Of a stretch of 48,551 nt of DNA, positions 9,808 to 20,174 are shown piece after piece. This DNA is from Bdellovibrionota bacterium (GTDB lineage: Bacteria; Bdellovibrionota_C; UBA2361; OMII01): positions 1 to 48,551 of the forward strand of contig JBIJBE010000025.1 of NCBI GenBank assembly GCA_044345405.1, read 5' to 3'. The notes beneath the pieces were generated by a model. The model made no database searches and was not told the origin of the DNA. It saw only the letters and a program-made list of their open reading frames with translations. The translations under genes and the position numbers were made by a program. Every line of letters starts with the position of its first letter. Position 1 is the first letter of the stretch.

Positions 9808-9979
9808 CGCGCTATGTTCCCCTCGCAACACCACCCCCTCCCCCTCCTTGCGAGCCCTATCAGGAACCCGAGCATGAATACCGAACCTGACATTGATTCC
9901 CAGGGACAAAGGTGCTTTATTTTACCTGCCTAAATCGGTGGAAGGCCCATCAATTAACCACCTAAGGACATTAGTTTTT

Positions 9980-10321
9980 ATGATTTCCGAAGATGAGGTA
10001 CAGAAGCTCGCCAATCTTGCTCGCTTAGAGCTGGATCCGGCCCTCACCCCTATCGTTACTGGACACCTAAATTCTATCATTGGGTATGTGCAGCGTCTGG
10101 ATGAAGTAGACACAACCGGCGCCGAGGCGATGAGTCACGTACACGGATCAACCAACGTCCTTCGAGAGGACAAGATGCTTGAGGCCGGCAGCGTTCCTGA
10201 CGCGACACCGCTCGGAGATCCGACCATCCCTCCGCAGCCGATGCTCGACACGCAAGCGCTCCTTCAGAACGCCCCTGATTCATCCGGCACATTCATCCGC
10301 GTTCCACTTATCGTTGAGTAA
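9980..10321 (+). CDS. gatC: Asp/Glu-tRNA amidotransferase subunit C
   Basis: ISEDEVQKLANLARL, NVLRED, NAP...FIRVPLIVE; precedes gatA. Confidence 0.9.
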   Translation: MISEDEVQKLANLARLELDPALTPIVTGHLNSIIGYVQRLDEVDTTGAEAMSHVHGSTNVLREDKMLEAGSVPDATPLGDPTIPPQPMLDTQALLQNAPDSSGTFIRVPLIVE

Positions 10322-10330
10322 TCAAGATTT

Positions 10331-11797
10331 ATGTCAGACATCGCATCCCTCACCATCTCCGACATGCGCGCTGGGCTCGACTCGAAGCAGTTCTCCTGCA
10401 CCGAGTTGGTTAAGGCGAGCTTGGACAAAGCAGACAGCTACTCTGGGCTTAATTGCTTCAACCTCATCTCGGCTGAGAACGCGCTGCAAGAAGCGGCTCA
10501 GATTGACACGCTTCTCGCGCAAGGAAAGTCAGCCCCGCTGCTCGGAATTCCGGTCGGCATCAAGGACGTGATCTGCACCAAGGGTGTTCGCACCACCGCG
10601 TCGAGCAAGATCCTTGAGAACTTCATCCCGCCATACGACGCAACCGTCGTGCGAAAGCTCAAAACCGCGGGAACCGTGTCGATCGGGAAGCTCAACATGG
10701 ACGAGTTCGCGATGGGCTCTTCGAATGAGAACTCGGCGTTCGGTCCTGTGAAGAATCCTTGGAACCCTGAATACGTTCCTGGTGGATCGAGCGGAGGCTC
10801 CGCCGCGGCCGTCGCCGCTGGCATCTGTCCAATCACGCTCGGTACCGACACCGGCGGATCAATTCGACAACCAGCTTCCTTCTGCGGAATCGTCGGTCTT
10901 AAACCAACCTACGGTCGTGTGAGTCGTTACGGCGTCATCGCATACGCGTCTTCGCTCGATCAAGTCGGTGGATTCGCGCGAAACGTCAACGATTGCGCGC
11001 TCGTTACGCAGGCGATTTGCGGTCAAGATCCAAACGACGCGACCTCAGCGCACCGCGAGGTTCCCGATTTCACGAAGGCCCTCGGCCAAAGCATCAAAGG
11101 TCTCCGCATCGGTCTTCCGAAGGAATACTTCGTGTCAGCGGTCGATGGAGAGATCGACGCGGCGCTCAAGAAGGCGATCGCGACCCTTGAGGGACTCGGA
11201 GCCATACCTGTTGAGATCTCGCTCCCACATACCGACGCCGCCGTCGCTGTGTACTACATCCTCGCGCCCGCTGAGGCCTCCTCCAATCTCGCGCGATACG
11301 ATGGTATCCGCTACGGACACCGAGCCAAGGGCAACTACGACCTTAAGACCCTCTACGCTAAATCGCGGAGCGAAGGATTCGGTCGTGAGGTTCAGCGTCG
11401 TATCATGGTTGGCGCGTACGTGCTCTCAACTGGATACTACGACGCCTACTACCTCAAAGCTCAAAAGGTCCGATCGCTCATCGCGAAAGATTTCCAAGAG
11501 GCGTTCGCTCACAAGTGTGATCTGATCGTCGCTCCAACGGCGCCAAACGCGCCATTCAAGATCGGAGCTAAGATTAGCGATCCTCTTCAGATGTACCTGA
11601 ACGATATCTTCACCATCCCAGTGAACCTAGCGGGACTCCCAGGAATGAGCGTTCCATGCGGATTCACCTCGTCGGGACTTCCGATCGGGCTCCAGCTCAT
11701 CGGCAAGCCGTGGGATGAGGAGACCCTCTTCAAGACGGCATCTGCCTACGAAAGCGCCACGGATTGGCACACTAAACGCCCAACGACAGCGCGCTAA
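10331..11797 (+). CDS. gatA: Asp/Glu-tRNA amidotransferase subunit A
   Basis: Amidase signature [39 protein letters not shown]. Confidence 0.97.
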   Translation: MSDIASLTISDMRAGLDSKQFSCTELVKASLDKADSYSGLNCFNLISAENALQEAAQIDTLLAQGKSAPLLGIPVGIKDVICTKGVRTTASSKILENFIPPYDATVVRKLKTAGTVSIGKLNMDEFAMGSSNENSAFGPVKNPWNPEYVPGGSSGGSAAAVAAGICPITLGTDTGGSIRQPASFCGIVGLKPTYGRVSRYGVIAYASSLDQVGGFARNVNDCALVTQAICGQDPNDATSAHREVPDFTKALGQSIKGLRIGLPKEYFVSAVDGEIDAALKKAIATLEGLGAIPVEISLPHTDAAVAVYYILAPAEASSNLARYDGIRYGHRAKGNYDLKTLYAKSRSEGFGREVQRRIMVGAYVLSTGYYDAYYLKAQKVRSLIAKDFQEAFAHKCDLIVAPTAPNAPFKIGAKISDPLQMYLNDIFTIPVNLAGLPGMSVPCGFTSSGLPIGLQLIGKPWDEETLFKTASAYESATDWHTKRPTTAR

Positions 11798-11818
11798 AGG
11801 AAACTACGGAGATTCACC

Positions 11819-13261
11819 ATGGAATTTGAAACCGTCATCGGACTTGAAGTTCACGTTCAACTCTCGACTAAGTCGAAGATCTTCTGCAACGCGTCCGCCG
11901 CCTACGGCGGCGAGCCTAACGAGTATATCGACCCTGTAACCCTCGGACTCCCCGGGGCGTTGCCTGTCGGGAACAAGAAGGTTGTTGAGTACGCCATCAT
12001 GATGGGACTCGCTACCCATTGCGAGATCCGTCGCTTCAATCGATTCGCGCGTAAGCACTACTTCTACCCTGACCTTCCGAAGGGATATCAGATCTCGCAG
12101 TTCGACGAGCCGATCTGTGAGCGTGGGCACGTTGATTTCTATATGGATGGAACGAAGCGCACTGTGGGATTGAAGCGCATCCACATGGAGGAGGACGCTG
12201 GAAAGAACGTCCACGATTCTCGCACCGCTTCATCACTCGTTGACCTTAACCGAGCTGGCGTCCCTCTCCTTGAAGTTGTGTCAGAGCCTGAGATCCACTC
12301 ACCCGCTGAGGCCGCCGCGTATCTTCGTGCTATTCGCCAACTGGTGCGCTACCTCGGCGTCAGCGATGGAAATATGGAGGAAGGAAGCCTTCGATGTGAC
12401 GCGAACATCTCGCTTCGTCCCGTCGGAGAGCTCAAGTTCGGAACTCGAACCGAGATCAAGAACCTTAACTCCTTTAAGTTCGTCGAGCGCGCCCTTGAGT
12501 ACGAGATCGCTCGTCAAACCGCGATCCTTAAAGCGGGGAACCAGGTCATTCAACAGACGCTGCTCTTCGATAGCGAGAACGGCTCAACCCGTCCGATGCG
12601 ATCGAAGGAGGAGTCGGCGGACTACCGCTACTTCCCAGATCCAGACCTCCCGCCCGTTGTTGTCGAAGAGAGCTGGGTACAAGAGGTGAAGGGTCGTCTC
12701 CCCCGCCTTCCATCTGAGTGGGCAACCGAACTCGTGAACGAGTACGGGCTATCGCTCTACGACGCGACCGTTCTCACCTCCGAGCGCGCCTTCGTTGAGT
12801 TCTATCACGAGGTAGTGGCGACGGGCGGCAACGCGAAAGCCGCGTGCAACTGGGTAACCTCAGAGTTCTTCGGCGCCCTCAACAAGGCCGGACTGGAGAT
12901 CGAGCAGTCACCGGTTACCGCCAAGGGACTTGGCGAGCTCATTAAGCTCGTTGAGGACGATGTTATCTCCGGAAAGATGGCGAAAGCGGTGTTCGAGGAG
13001 ATGTTCGAGACCGGCAAGGCCCCTGGAGTTATCGTCAACGAGAAGGGGCTTAAGCAGCTCAGTAACGACGACGACATCCTGGCGGTCATTCGCAAGGAGT
13101 TCGACGCTAATCCGGGACAGCTCGCTGGCTACCTCGGAGGAAATGACCGGCTTCACGGCTTCTTTGTAGGCCAGGTCATGAAAGCGACCGGCGGATCGGC
13201 GAACCCCAAGAAGGTGAACGACCTCATCCGTCAGGAGGCTGCCGCTCGAAAGGGGGCGTAG
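11819..13261 (+). CDS. gatB: Asp/Glu-tRNA amidotransferase subunit B
   Basis: IGLEVHVQL, YFYPDLPKGYQISQ, HMEEDAGK, DYRYFPDPDL, YqeY tail. Confidence 0.97.
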   Translation: MEFETVIGLEVHVQLSTKSKIFCNASAAYGGEPNEYIDPVTLGLPGALPVGNKKVVEYAIMMGLATHCEIRRFNRFARKHYFYPDLPKGYQISQFDEPICERGHVDFYMDGTKRTVGLKRIHMEEDAGKNVHDSRTASSLVDLNRAGVPLLEVVSEPEIHSPAEAAAYLRAIRQLVRYLGVSDGNMEEGSLRCDANISLRPVGELKFGTRTEIKNLNSFKFVERALEYEIARQTAILKAGNQVIQQTLLFDSENGSTRPMRSKEESADYRYFPDPDLPPVVVEESWVQEVKGRLPRLPSEWATELVNEYGLSLYDATVLTSERAFVEFYHEVVATGGNAKAACNWVTSEFFGALNKAGLEIEQSPVTAKGLGELIKLVEDDVISGKMAKAVFEEMFETGKAPGVIVNEKGLKQLSNDDDILAVIRKEFDANPGQLAGYLGGNDRLHGFFVGQVMKATGGSANPKKVNDLIRQEAAARKGA

Positions 13262-13274
13262 CACCCACGATATC

Positions 13275-13331
13275 GCGCTCCGAGCGGTCCCCGAGCTCAC
13301 GGCAAAGGGATCGGCTCGGAGCGCTTTTTTT
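13275..13331 (+). terminator. Intrinsic terminator-like hairpin after gatB
   Basis: GCGCTCCGAGC...GCTCGGAGCGC stem followed by a 7-T run. Confidence 0.65.
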
Positions 13332-13339
13332 CTAACCGT

Positions 13340-13609
13340 ATGGTCGACCAACTAGAACCTATTCCTGTCGCAATAGATACCGATACGGTAGCCTTTTATC
13401 TTGAGGTTCCACGTAGCCACGTAGTACTAATTACAGTGTTTTTTGAGCTCTACGATGGTGTTGGCACCGTGCGAACACTAGATAAGGAAGGCACTGTAGT
13501 ATGCGTGCTCACGACCCCCTCTCAAGTTCAGGACTGTATCGGTGTTCTGAAAGCGATTCGGGAACATGTCGCGTGGGTACCGTGCTCCGAGCCGCCTGCC
13601 GGAGCCTGA
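13340..13609 (+). CDS. DUF4911-like small protein
   Basis: FFELYDGVGTVRTLD motif resembles DUF4911; 89 aa. Confidence 0.6.
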   Translation: MVDQLEPIPVAIDTDTVAFYLEVPRSHVVLITVFFELYDGVGTVRTLDKEGTVVCVLTTPSQVQDCIGVLKAIREHVAWVPCSEPPAGA

Positions 13610-13633
13610 TAAGGCCACCGTTTACTCTCAGGA

Positions 13634-15577
13634 GTGCGTTTCATGATTAAGTTTATCCACCGCAATCAGCAGTTCGTCGGCATCGTGTTTCTTTTCATCG
13701 CCGCGTGCTTCGCGGTCAGCGGTGTCGGCCTCGACATCCTTCATGGTGGCGCCTCAAAGGACCGGGCCGCTGGAGAGGTGAACGGACAGAAGCTCACCGC
13801 CGAGGACATCGCTCGCTCCGAGCGGAGCGTCGAATCCCGATATCGACAGATGTTCGGCGAGCAGTACGCGAAGTTCGCAGGCTCTTTGAATTTAAACATC
13901 CGCCAACAAGCTATCGATACCCTTGTTGACCGCACCATTCTCGACCAAGAGGCAGAGAAACAGGGCTTCACCGCGTCCGATGAGGCGGTGCGACAGTATC
14001 TCCTCACCAATTTCTTCAAGGGAGAGAACGGGGAGAGCGCGTTCTCGGCCGCTACCTACCGCAACCTCCTCCAAAGTATCGGCATGTCCGCGCCAGAGTT
14101 TGAGCGTGAGATCAAAGATGAGATCGCCCGTACAACCCTCGTGAATATCTTACGCGACGCGGCGGTACCCTCCGCAAAGGACGCTGAGAATCTTTTAAAG
14201 CGGCAAAAAACCAAGTACTCGGTAGTCGCTGTGACAGTTCCAGTCGATCCAGCGAGCGCGCCAGCGCCATCAGAGATTGATCTCAAGAAGCACTACGAGA
14301 GTCACGCCACTGAGTACGAAAAGCCAGCTCAGGTGAGCTACGCCTACGTAGTGCTCGATCCCACCGACTTCGAAAAAGAGGTGAGTGTCACCCCTCAAGA
14401 TGTTGAGTTCTACTACTCCGAGAACAGCTCGAAGTACCAACTCCCTGAGCAAACAAAGGTTCGCGCCATCAAGCTTCTCTATCCAAAAGAGAGCGATCCC
14501 AAAAAGATGGCCGCCGTTCGTGAAAAGGCGACCGCCGCTCGCAATGAAGCTGTCTCTGGAGCGAAGTTCGAGGACCTCGTGACCAAGTATTCCGACGACC
14601 TCCCTACCAAGTTCACCGGAGGAGACCTCGGATGGCTCAAGAAGGGAGACAAGGGCGAGGCGTTCGATCAAGCGATCGCGAAGACCTCCGCTGGAGGGGT
14701 GTCTGACCTGATAGAGACCGACTACGGTTTCGAGATTATTAAGGTCGAGGAGAAGAAGACAGCTCAAACACGTCCTCTCGATGAGGTTCGCGGTGAGATC
14801 GAGAAGGAGCTCCGTTCTCGAGAGGCGCCTGCCTACGCGGCGAATCGAGGTCGCGAGGTTATCCTTCAAACAAAGAAGGACGGCAAACCCCTCGCGGACG
14901 CGCTTCCAGCGGGCTCCACACTCAAGGAGACGGACGGATACTTGTCCCAGAACAAGGATCCCCAGCCCACACTCGCCGGACTTACGCAGAACGTCTTCAT
15001 GCTTCCAACCTCAGAGCGACTTCAACCGACGCTGATTGAGCTTGGAGACACGATAGTGCTCCTCCAAGTTAAGGAATTTAAGGAGCCAACAACACCTCCG
15101 TTCGAGGAATTGAAGGAGCAAGTGGTTGCAGCGGTTAAGGGTGATGAGGCTCGAAAGCTCGCCGAGACACGGGCCAACGAGATCCTTAAAGCGGCTCAAG
15201 CTAATCCGGCGACCTTCGCTTCCGAGGCTCAAACCCGCGCGGCGAAAGTTGTAGGTCCGTTCGAGATATCGCGAGAGCAACCATCTTCCGATGCGTTTCC
15301 AACAATGACCGCTCAGATGCGCTCTGCGGTACTCGCGACAGAGAAACCTCAGGAGGTTGTCGGGCGGGTGTTCCCTGGCGCGAAGGAGTTCACACTTCTG
15401 AAAGTTGAGGAGATCAAAGCTCCGAACCTTACCGATCCAAAGAACGCCGCCGAGCTGACGAAGTATCGCTCGCAAGCGACTCAGGAGGTCGCGAATAACA
15501 TGATCACCTCAACCCTTGAGCTGCTCAAGAGCCGCTCTCAAATCGAGATCGATCCATCGTTGATTGCGGCGCAGTAG
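13634..15577 (+). CDS. ppiD: PpiD-like periplasmic folding chaperone (SurA N-domain plus parvulin PPIase)
   Basis: N-terminal TM, SurA_N-type region, parvulin KYSDD...GGDLGW...IETDYGFEII; start may be ATG 13643. Confidence 0.85.
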   Translation: MRFMIKFIHRNQQFVGIVFLFIAACFAVSGVGLDILHGGASKDRAAGEVNGQKLTAEDIARSERSVESRYRQMFGEQYAKFAGSLNLNIRQQAIDTLVDRTILDQEAEKQGFTASDEAVRQYLLTNFFKGENGESAFSAATYRNLLQSIGMSAPEFEREIKDEIARTTLVNILRDAAVPSAKDAENLLKRQKTKYSVVAVTVPVDPASAPAPSEIDLKKHYESHATEYEKPAQVSYAYVVLDPTDFEKEVSVTPQDVEFYYSENSSKYQLPEQTKVRAIKLLYPKESDPKKMAAVREKATAARNEAVSGAKFEDLVTKYSDDLPTKFTGGDLGWLKKGDKGEAFDQAIAKTSAGGVSDLIETDYGFEIIKVEEKKTAQTRPLDEVRGEIEKELRSREAPAYAANRGREVILQTKKDGKPLADALPAGSTLKETDGYLSQNKDPQPTLAGLTQNVFMLPTSERLQPTLIELGDTIVLLQVKEFKEPTTPPFEELKEQVVAAVKGDEARKLAETRANEILKAAQANPATFASEAQTRAAKVVGPFEISREQPSSDAFPTMTAQMRSAVLATEKPQEVVGRVFPGAKEFTLLKVEEIKAPNLTDPKNAAELTKYRSQATQEVANNMITSTLELLKSRSQIEIDPSLIAAQ

Positions 15578-15596
15578 GCTAAGACGCGTCCTCACA

Positions 15597-15652
15597 AAGA
15601 GAGCGGCGAGAGCGGAGGAGGGCTTTTTCCTCCGCGCTTTGCCGCTCTTCTT
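15597..15652 (+). terminator. Long imperfect hairpin after ppiD
   Basis: AAGAGAGCGGCGAGAGCGGAGGA...TCCTCCGCGCTTTGCCGCTCTTCTT. Confidence 0.5.
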
Positions 15653-15739
15653 ATTGGGATATCAACTCATACTGAGGCCTGAGAGCAGGAAACTTAGTAG
15701 GAACGTGTTCGCTTCTATCTGCACCAGTCCAACTCAGGG

Positions 15740-16624
15740 ATGACTATGTGCCGCGACCCGCATACCCTAGAGGGCATGCGTCAATCCCCCCGGCTCGCTG
15801 AAAATTTCTTGCCCCCCTTACGCTCGACTGGTGACGACCTCACCTCGCGTACCATCGGAGCTCTGAGGACTCCATACGTCTTGGGTAGTGATTTTCAGAC
15901 TCCAGAGAATCGCTCGCTCCCCTCCATGCAGGAGGAAATTCGCCAATCGGTTATCGCCCTCCACGAAGGGCGTCCCATGATAGTCGGCCGATATCCAACG
16001 GGCGTCTACCGAGAGATCTCGATGCTCGAATCCCTCCACGACTCAACTGGCTCGCCAAAGGGGCTTATCGCCGTAGCAACCCGATACAACGCTGGAAAGG
16101 AGCAAAGCTTCCTGGGGATTCCCACCTTCACACTGGTGTATCTTCCAACTCCAGAGGACAGCGTCACCTACTACCGAGCGGGGGCATTCTCATACAGGGC
16201 TGGCCCCGCGGACCTCTATCCCGGCTCCGTGGGAGCTCTTGAGCTCGTTCACGATCCTATCAATCAGATCGCTCAAATCACGCAGCTTCAATCATCGGCA
16301 AAGGTCTCAGATCCCACTGTCGCGGCGCTTCTTAAAGAACCGGGGAGCTCTCTCTGCACACGGTATCAAAAGTGGCCTAGTCGCCTCTTAGAGCGCGCGT
16401 TTGACCACGTCCGACGACTTGGAATCGCACGGATAGCCGTTGCGGCGCTACCAGACACAAGCTTGCCGCTCTCCGCCCCTGTGCGAAATTTCGGCATGAT
16501 ATGTCACAAGGCCGAGGCGTGCGGGTTTACCTTATCAGCGGATAGGTCGCTGCTGATTGATGATGTCGGCCAGTCCACAAGAATGGAGGGTATCTCTACA
16601 GAGGCGCTCGGCCGTAATGATTGA
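15740..16624 (+). CDS. Hypothetical protein, possibly GNAT-like C-terminal fold
   Basis: 294-aa ORF; ITQLQ...LLERAFDHVRRLGIARIAV...ACGF pattern resembles acetyltransferase-like folds. Confidence 0.5.
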   Translation: MTMCRDPHTLEGMRQSPRLAENFLPPLRSTGDDLTSRTIGALRTPYVLGSDFQTPENRSLPSMQEEIRQSVIALHEGRPMIVGRYPTGVYREISMLESLHDSTGSPKGLIAVATRYNAGKEQSFLGIPTFTLVYLPTPEDSVTYYRAGAFSYRAGPADLYPGSVGALELVHDPINQIAQITQLQSSAKVSDPTVAALLKEPGSSLCTRYQKWPSRLLERAFDHVRRLGIARIAVAALPDTSLPLSAPVRNFGMICHKAEACGFTLSADRSLLIDDVGQSTRMEGISTEALGRND

Positions 16625-17879
16625 ATAGAATCCAGGTAAAGCCGAGCACCACTTGCAAGATACACAGCGCGCACGTCACCAGATACCGAAGATTCCATCC
16701 GCTTCCCAAGTATCTTTCATACGGAAACCTGATGACGATCCACAAACTCAACGGTATCGCGGCGTGAGCGAAAAGATTCCAGTCCTGAAGGATACCAAGC
16801 TGGGCTCTCCATAGAGTCACGAACGCAAGCCCGCATACAACAGAGAGCCCCATAAACATATCGAGCACATCAAAACGCCGATATTCCTTTACGACGATGG
16901 GAATCCACAAGGTCATCGGCGCTAGAATCAAAAACATCACAGCGAGCTCGGCGTAATACGCCAGCCCCTCATTGAAGATGGAGAGATATCGCGCGTGCGA
17001 TCCTCCTTGCGCGAATGCGTGGCTGTTAGAAAACAATAATGAGAATGGCAGTCCGTGGTAATGGAAATAGAGAAGGACCAAACTAGGAACCGCTACGAGC
17101 ACCACTGCTGAAAAAATAAGGTCGCGGACATTTCTACGCCTGATCCCTTCCCAAAAGAGCGCTAGAAGACTGAGACCATAGAACCCGGCCAGGAGATGAA
17201 ACATGACGCCCACAGACCACATAAAACAGGGCAGCGCGAGACTTCTCTCTTTGTTTTTCAGGAATTCAACACCCGTAATCCAGTACAGAAGCAAAAACAA
17301 AGTCACATAGGAATAGTTCTCCACATCGCCGAAATAGAGCTGCATAAAACCGGAGCTCATGACCAGGACAGCCGCCCATAGCCCAAACGGGACGTTTCGT
17401 CGGCAGAATTGAAAGAGGCAGAGAGAAAATAGAAATCCAGCGAGGCAACTGAGAACCTGGTAGGACCTAATCACCGACCAATTTAGAAAATAGTTCGCGT
17501 AAAAGTAGAAACGGGAATGCAGGAACAACTCCAAGATCTCATCGTGAGTTACGTGAGCTCCACGGACCGGAATGTCGATGCCAAACTTTTCCGCAAAGCC
17601 AAACCCGTCTGAATTGAGCATGTTGCTTCGCACGTAGTAGAACATGATGGCCATGCCGACCGAGAACACGGCCACATATGATGCCTTGACGCGTTCCCAA
17701 CGCCGATTGAGGCCTGCACTGGTGCAGAACAGCAGAAACACAGACCAACCTATCACCCATGACGACATGGGGCTGGTCTGTTGTAGGTGACGGATGCCTT
17801 GCCCCCACGGGCTTATCGAGAAAAAGTGATATGCGACGAGCGATATCGCGCCACACAAACTGAGAAACATGAAAAGCAT
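16596..17879 (-). CDS. Polytopic membrane protein, possible GT-C glycosyltransferase
   Basis: About 10-12 hydrophobic segments with conserved-looking acidic loops (THDEILE, FGDVENY, QDWNLFA). Confidence 0.65.
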   Translation of the reverse strand: MLFMFLSLCGAISLVAYHFFSISPWGQGIRHLQQTSPMSSWVIGWSVFLLFCTSAGLNRRWERVKASYVAVFSVGMAIMFYYVRSNMLNSDGFGFAEKFGIDIPVRGAHVTHDEILELFLHSRFYFYANYFLNWSVIRSYQVLSCLAGFLFSLCLFQFCRRNVPFGLWAAVLVMSSGFMQLYFGDVENYSYVTLFLLLYWITGVEFLKNKERSLALPCFMWSVGVMFHLLAGFYGLSLLALFWEGIRRRNVRDLIFSAVVLVAVPSLVLLYFHYHGLPFSLLFSNSHAFAQGGSHARYLSIFNEGLAYYAELAVMFLILAPMTLWIPIVVKEYRRFDVLDMFMGLSVVCGLAFVTLWRAQLGILQDWNLFAHAAIPLSLWIVIRFPYERYLGSGWNLRYLVTCALCILQVVLGFTWILFNHYGRAPL

Positions 17880-18306
17880 TCAGCTCTCCCGAATTAACAA
17901 ACAGGTATTCGCAACTTCACATCACTACGGCCACTTGTAACAATACCTTCCCCACCTATTTGCGTCACCCGAATACAGGGTTCTACCCTCCTCGATCTCG
18001 GTCAAATCACCGGAGATGCTCGCACCTCTCCCAGGAGACACGGCTCCTCTGCGGTCTCAATGAGTCGGTCCGTGTGAATATTTTCGAACGTCCCCGTTGT
18101 TTCGCGTACGGTACATTCTCATGGCGCGAGTCTTGTAGTGGGCCAACTCCATCGAATTCACGCTGTCCATTTTTCGAGCACTAAAAGCATTCCGCGCTGT
18201 CGGAACCTACCGCTATCAGTACTTACTAGTCATGAGCGCCTTTGATTACCCTACTCCATAACGGTACGATACCATCTGCCTCGCCGGATGAGCCTCTGCG
18301 TCTCGT

Positions 18307-18915
18307 TTGGCGGCTTGGACACACAGCTTTATCCCCCTCCTGAACTCCATGGCCAATTCAGAACCTGTCTATTCCTTCCGTGACGCCTCAACGCCAGCCC
18401 CTCCAGACCTCACGGGCATCAACGAAGTGCTCGGTCGCTACATGAGATTGGATCTGAGAGAGACTGAGAGCTCACCAGACACAGACCTTGTAGCGCTCCG
18501 CCATCACCTGCTTGACCGACTTCTGACGCACCCCGAATGCGTGAGCGATGTCGAAAAGTTACTGGGGGAGGTAAACGACCTGGTAGCTGAATGCATTTAC
18601 GCGAGCGATGATAGGGACACCATCGCGAGGGAGTGCCTCAAGTATTGGAGAGATAACCTCCTCCCTCACTACACCGAGCTCTGCGTCGACACGGTGCGCC
18701 TGAAACTTCAAGCCTTTCTCTCGATGGATACTCAGGTCGACCTACGATTCGCTCTTGAGCGCGGCATCAGGAACCAGGTCTCGTGGGAGGATCTTCTCCT
18801 TCAGGAGGTCGGTCCAGCTATTACGAGATCAAACCTTTCTCCCGAGGTAATGCGACACGCTCTAGGAATCATTCATACGGAGTACGAGGGCGCGCTTAGA
18901 GTCGCGAGGCTGTAG
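18307..18915 (+). CDS. Hypothetical alpha-helical protein
   Basis: 202-aa ORF with no competing frame; start may be ATG 18349. Confidence 0.55.
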   Translation: MAAWTHSFIPLLNSMANSEPVYSFRDASTPAPPDLTGINEVLGRYMRLDLRETESSPDTDLVALRHHLLDRLLTHPECVSDVEKLLGEVNDLVAECIYASDDRDTIARECLKYWRDNLLPHYTELCVDTVRLKLQAFLSMDTQVDLRFALERGIRNQVSWEDLLLQEVGPAITRSNLSPEVMRHALGIIHTEYEGALRVARL

Positions 18916-19124
18916 GTCCATCGCTCTTCAGTCGGCACACACCCCGTCAGATTGCCGTATCCCCTCATGGCAGGAGCGGACTAGTTCATTACCGCCCACA
19001 CCCAAAAGAATAGGTAACCTATCGTTCCGAGGGCGGTTCTCTCACAAAAAAACATCCACGTATGTCACAGTCGTACGCTACCTACGCATAACCTCGATAC
19101 AAGTACCTTTTTGGGGAGGGAGGT

Positions 19125-19796
19125 ATGAATTTGCGACGCCGATTGAAGATAATATGCGTGGCGAGCGTAGTGCTCGCGAGCGTGGTGCTACAATGTACCG
19201 CCGCTGTGGCGATACCGCCAAGTTCATGCCCGAACGGAAGATGTCCTAATGTGAGGCCACCTCAATTTTCTCCGAGCCGACCTAAAGCACCCACATCTCC
19301 GAATCCCTCCTCACCTGGCTCCTCTCCGGCAAAACCTGGTCAGCACCAAAATCAGGAGAAAAATGACGAGGAGCAAAAAGAGGAAGGCTCCGATGAGAAC
19401 GGCGGTGGCGGCGGCTGTCCTGGTGGCGGTGGTGGCGGAGGAGGCGGCGGCGGTGGCGGCGGTGGCGGCGGCCTCGCTGGCATCGGCCAAGCGATGCAAT
19501 CCGCCTTACCGATGCTTATGGCAGGTTTAATGGGAGGAATGCAGGGTAATCAGCAAGGTGCAACACCCGCCGGCAGTGAGGGAGCGGAAAAACCGTTACC
19601 TAAACCTGCCACGGCTGAGACCGTTGCTCCAACACCGACGCCCGAATCTTCGGCCGATACTGATCTCTCAGACGAGCTTGAGGTATCGAGCTCCGAAAGC
19701 AAGACAGCTCCCTCGTTCTCAGCGTCGAGCAGAGGCTCCACGGCGGACTCCTCTACGACTGAGAAGTTGTTTCCACCCGTTGATTTAAATATGTAG
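19125..19796 (+). CDS. Secreted Pro/Gly/Ser-rich protein with Met-rich hydrophobic helix (module 1, gene A)
   Basis: Signal peptide, CPNGRC, poly-Gly tract, AMQSALPMLMAGLMGGMQGNQQG, PTPTP; GGAGG RBS. Confidence 0.8.
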   Translation: MNLRRRLKIICVASVVLASVVLQCTAAVAIPPSSCPNGRCPNVRPPQFSPSRPKAPTSPNPSSPGSSPAKPGQHQNQEKNDEEQKEEGSDENGGGGGCPGGGGGGGGGGGGGGGGGLAGIGQAMQSALPMLMAGLMGGMQGNQQGATPAGSEGAEKPLPKPATAETVAPTPTPESSADTDLSDELEVSSSESKTAPSFSASSRGSTADSSTTEKLFPPVDLNM

Positions 19797-19804
19797 GAGA
19801 CGAT

Positions 19805-20161
19805 GTGAAGAACTTGCTCAAAGCGATCCTGGTGGCCATATGCGCGAGCTCGCAACTCTGCTACGCCCTCGATGAGGCCATCCTCGCCGACTACAGTCGA
19901 CAGGTCGTAGCGCAGATCTGCAAGGGAAACACAAATTGGCTGCGATGCTATGGGATCGACCCTCTGACGTGTGAGGGACAGAGTGAAAAGATTATCCGCG
20001 CTTGCATGCAAACCCACGTATTCAGCCGTATCACGGCGGTTAAAAGTGAGGCGGAGGTCCAGATTATCTCGCAACAGCTCTACAGCTGTATTCGTTCCTC
20101 TTTTTCCCAAAAGTTTGATCTTCAAAAGAAAGATTCGCCAGAGTGTCAAGGTCTAGAGTAA
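19805..20161 (+). CDS. Small secreted 6-Cys protein (module 1, gene B)
   Basis: Signal peptide; C-x8-C-x7-C-x10-C-x27-C-x18-C; AGGAG RBS. Confidence 0.85.
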   Translation: MKNLLKAILVAICASSQLCYALDEAILADYSRQVVAQICKGNTNWLRCYGIDPLTCEGQSEKIIRACMQTHVFSRITAVKSEAEVQIISQQLYSCIRSSFSQKFDLQKKDSPECQGLE

Positions 20162-20174
20162 GCTGAGAGGTACT

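Noticed and set aside
13275-13331. GGCAAA-containing hairpin as a c-di-GMP-I riboswitch
   Set aside because: Lacks the GNRA/receptor two-stem architecture; better explained as a terminator after gatB
13653-13661. DnaA-box-like TTATCCACC
   Set aside because: Single imperfect match within the ppiD coding sequence
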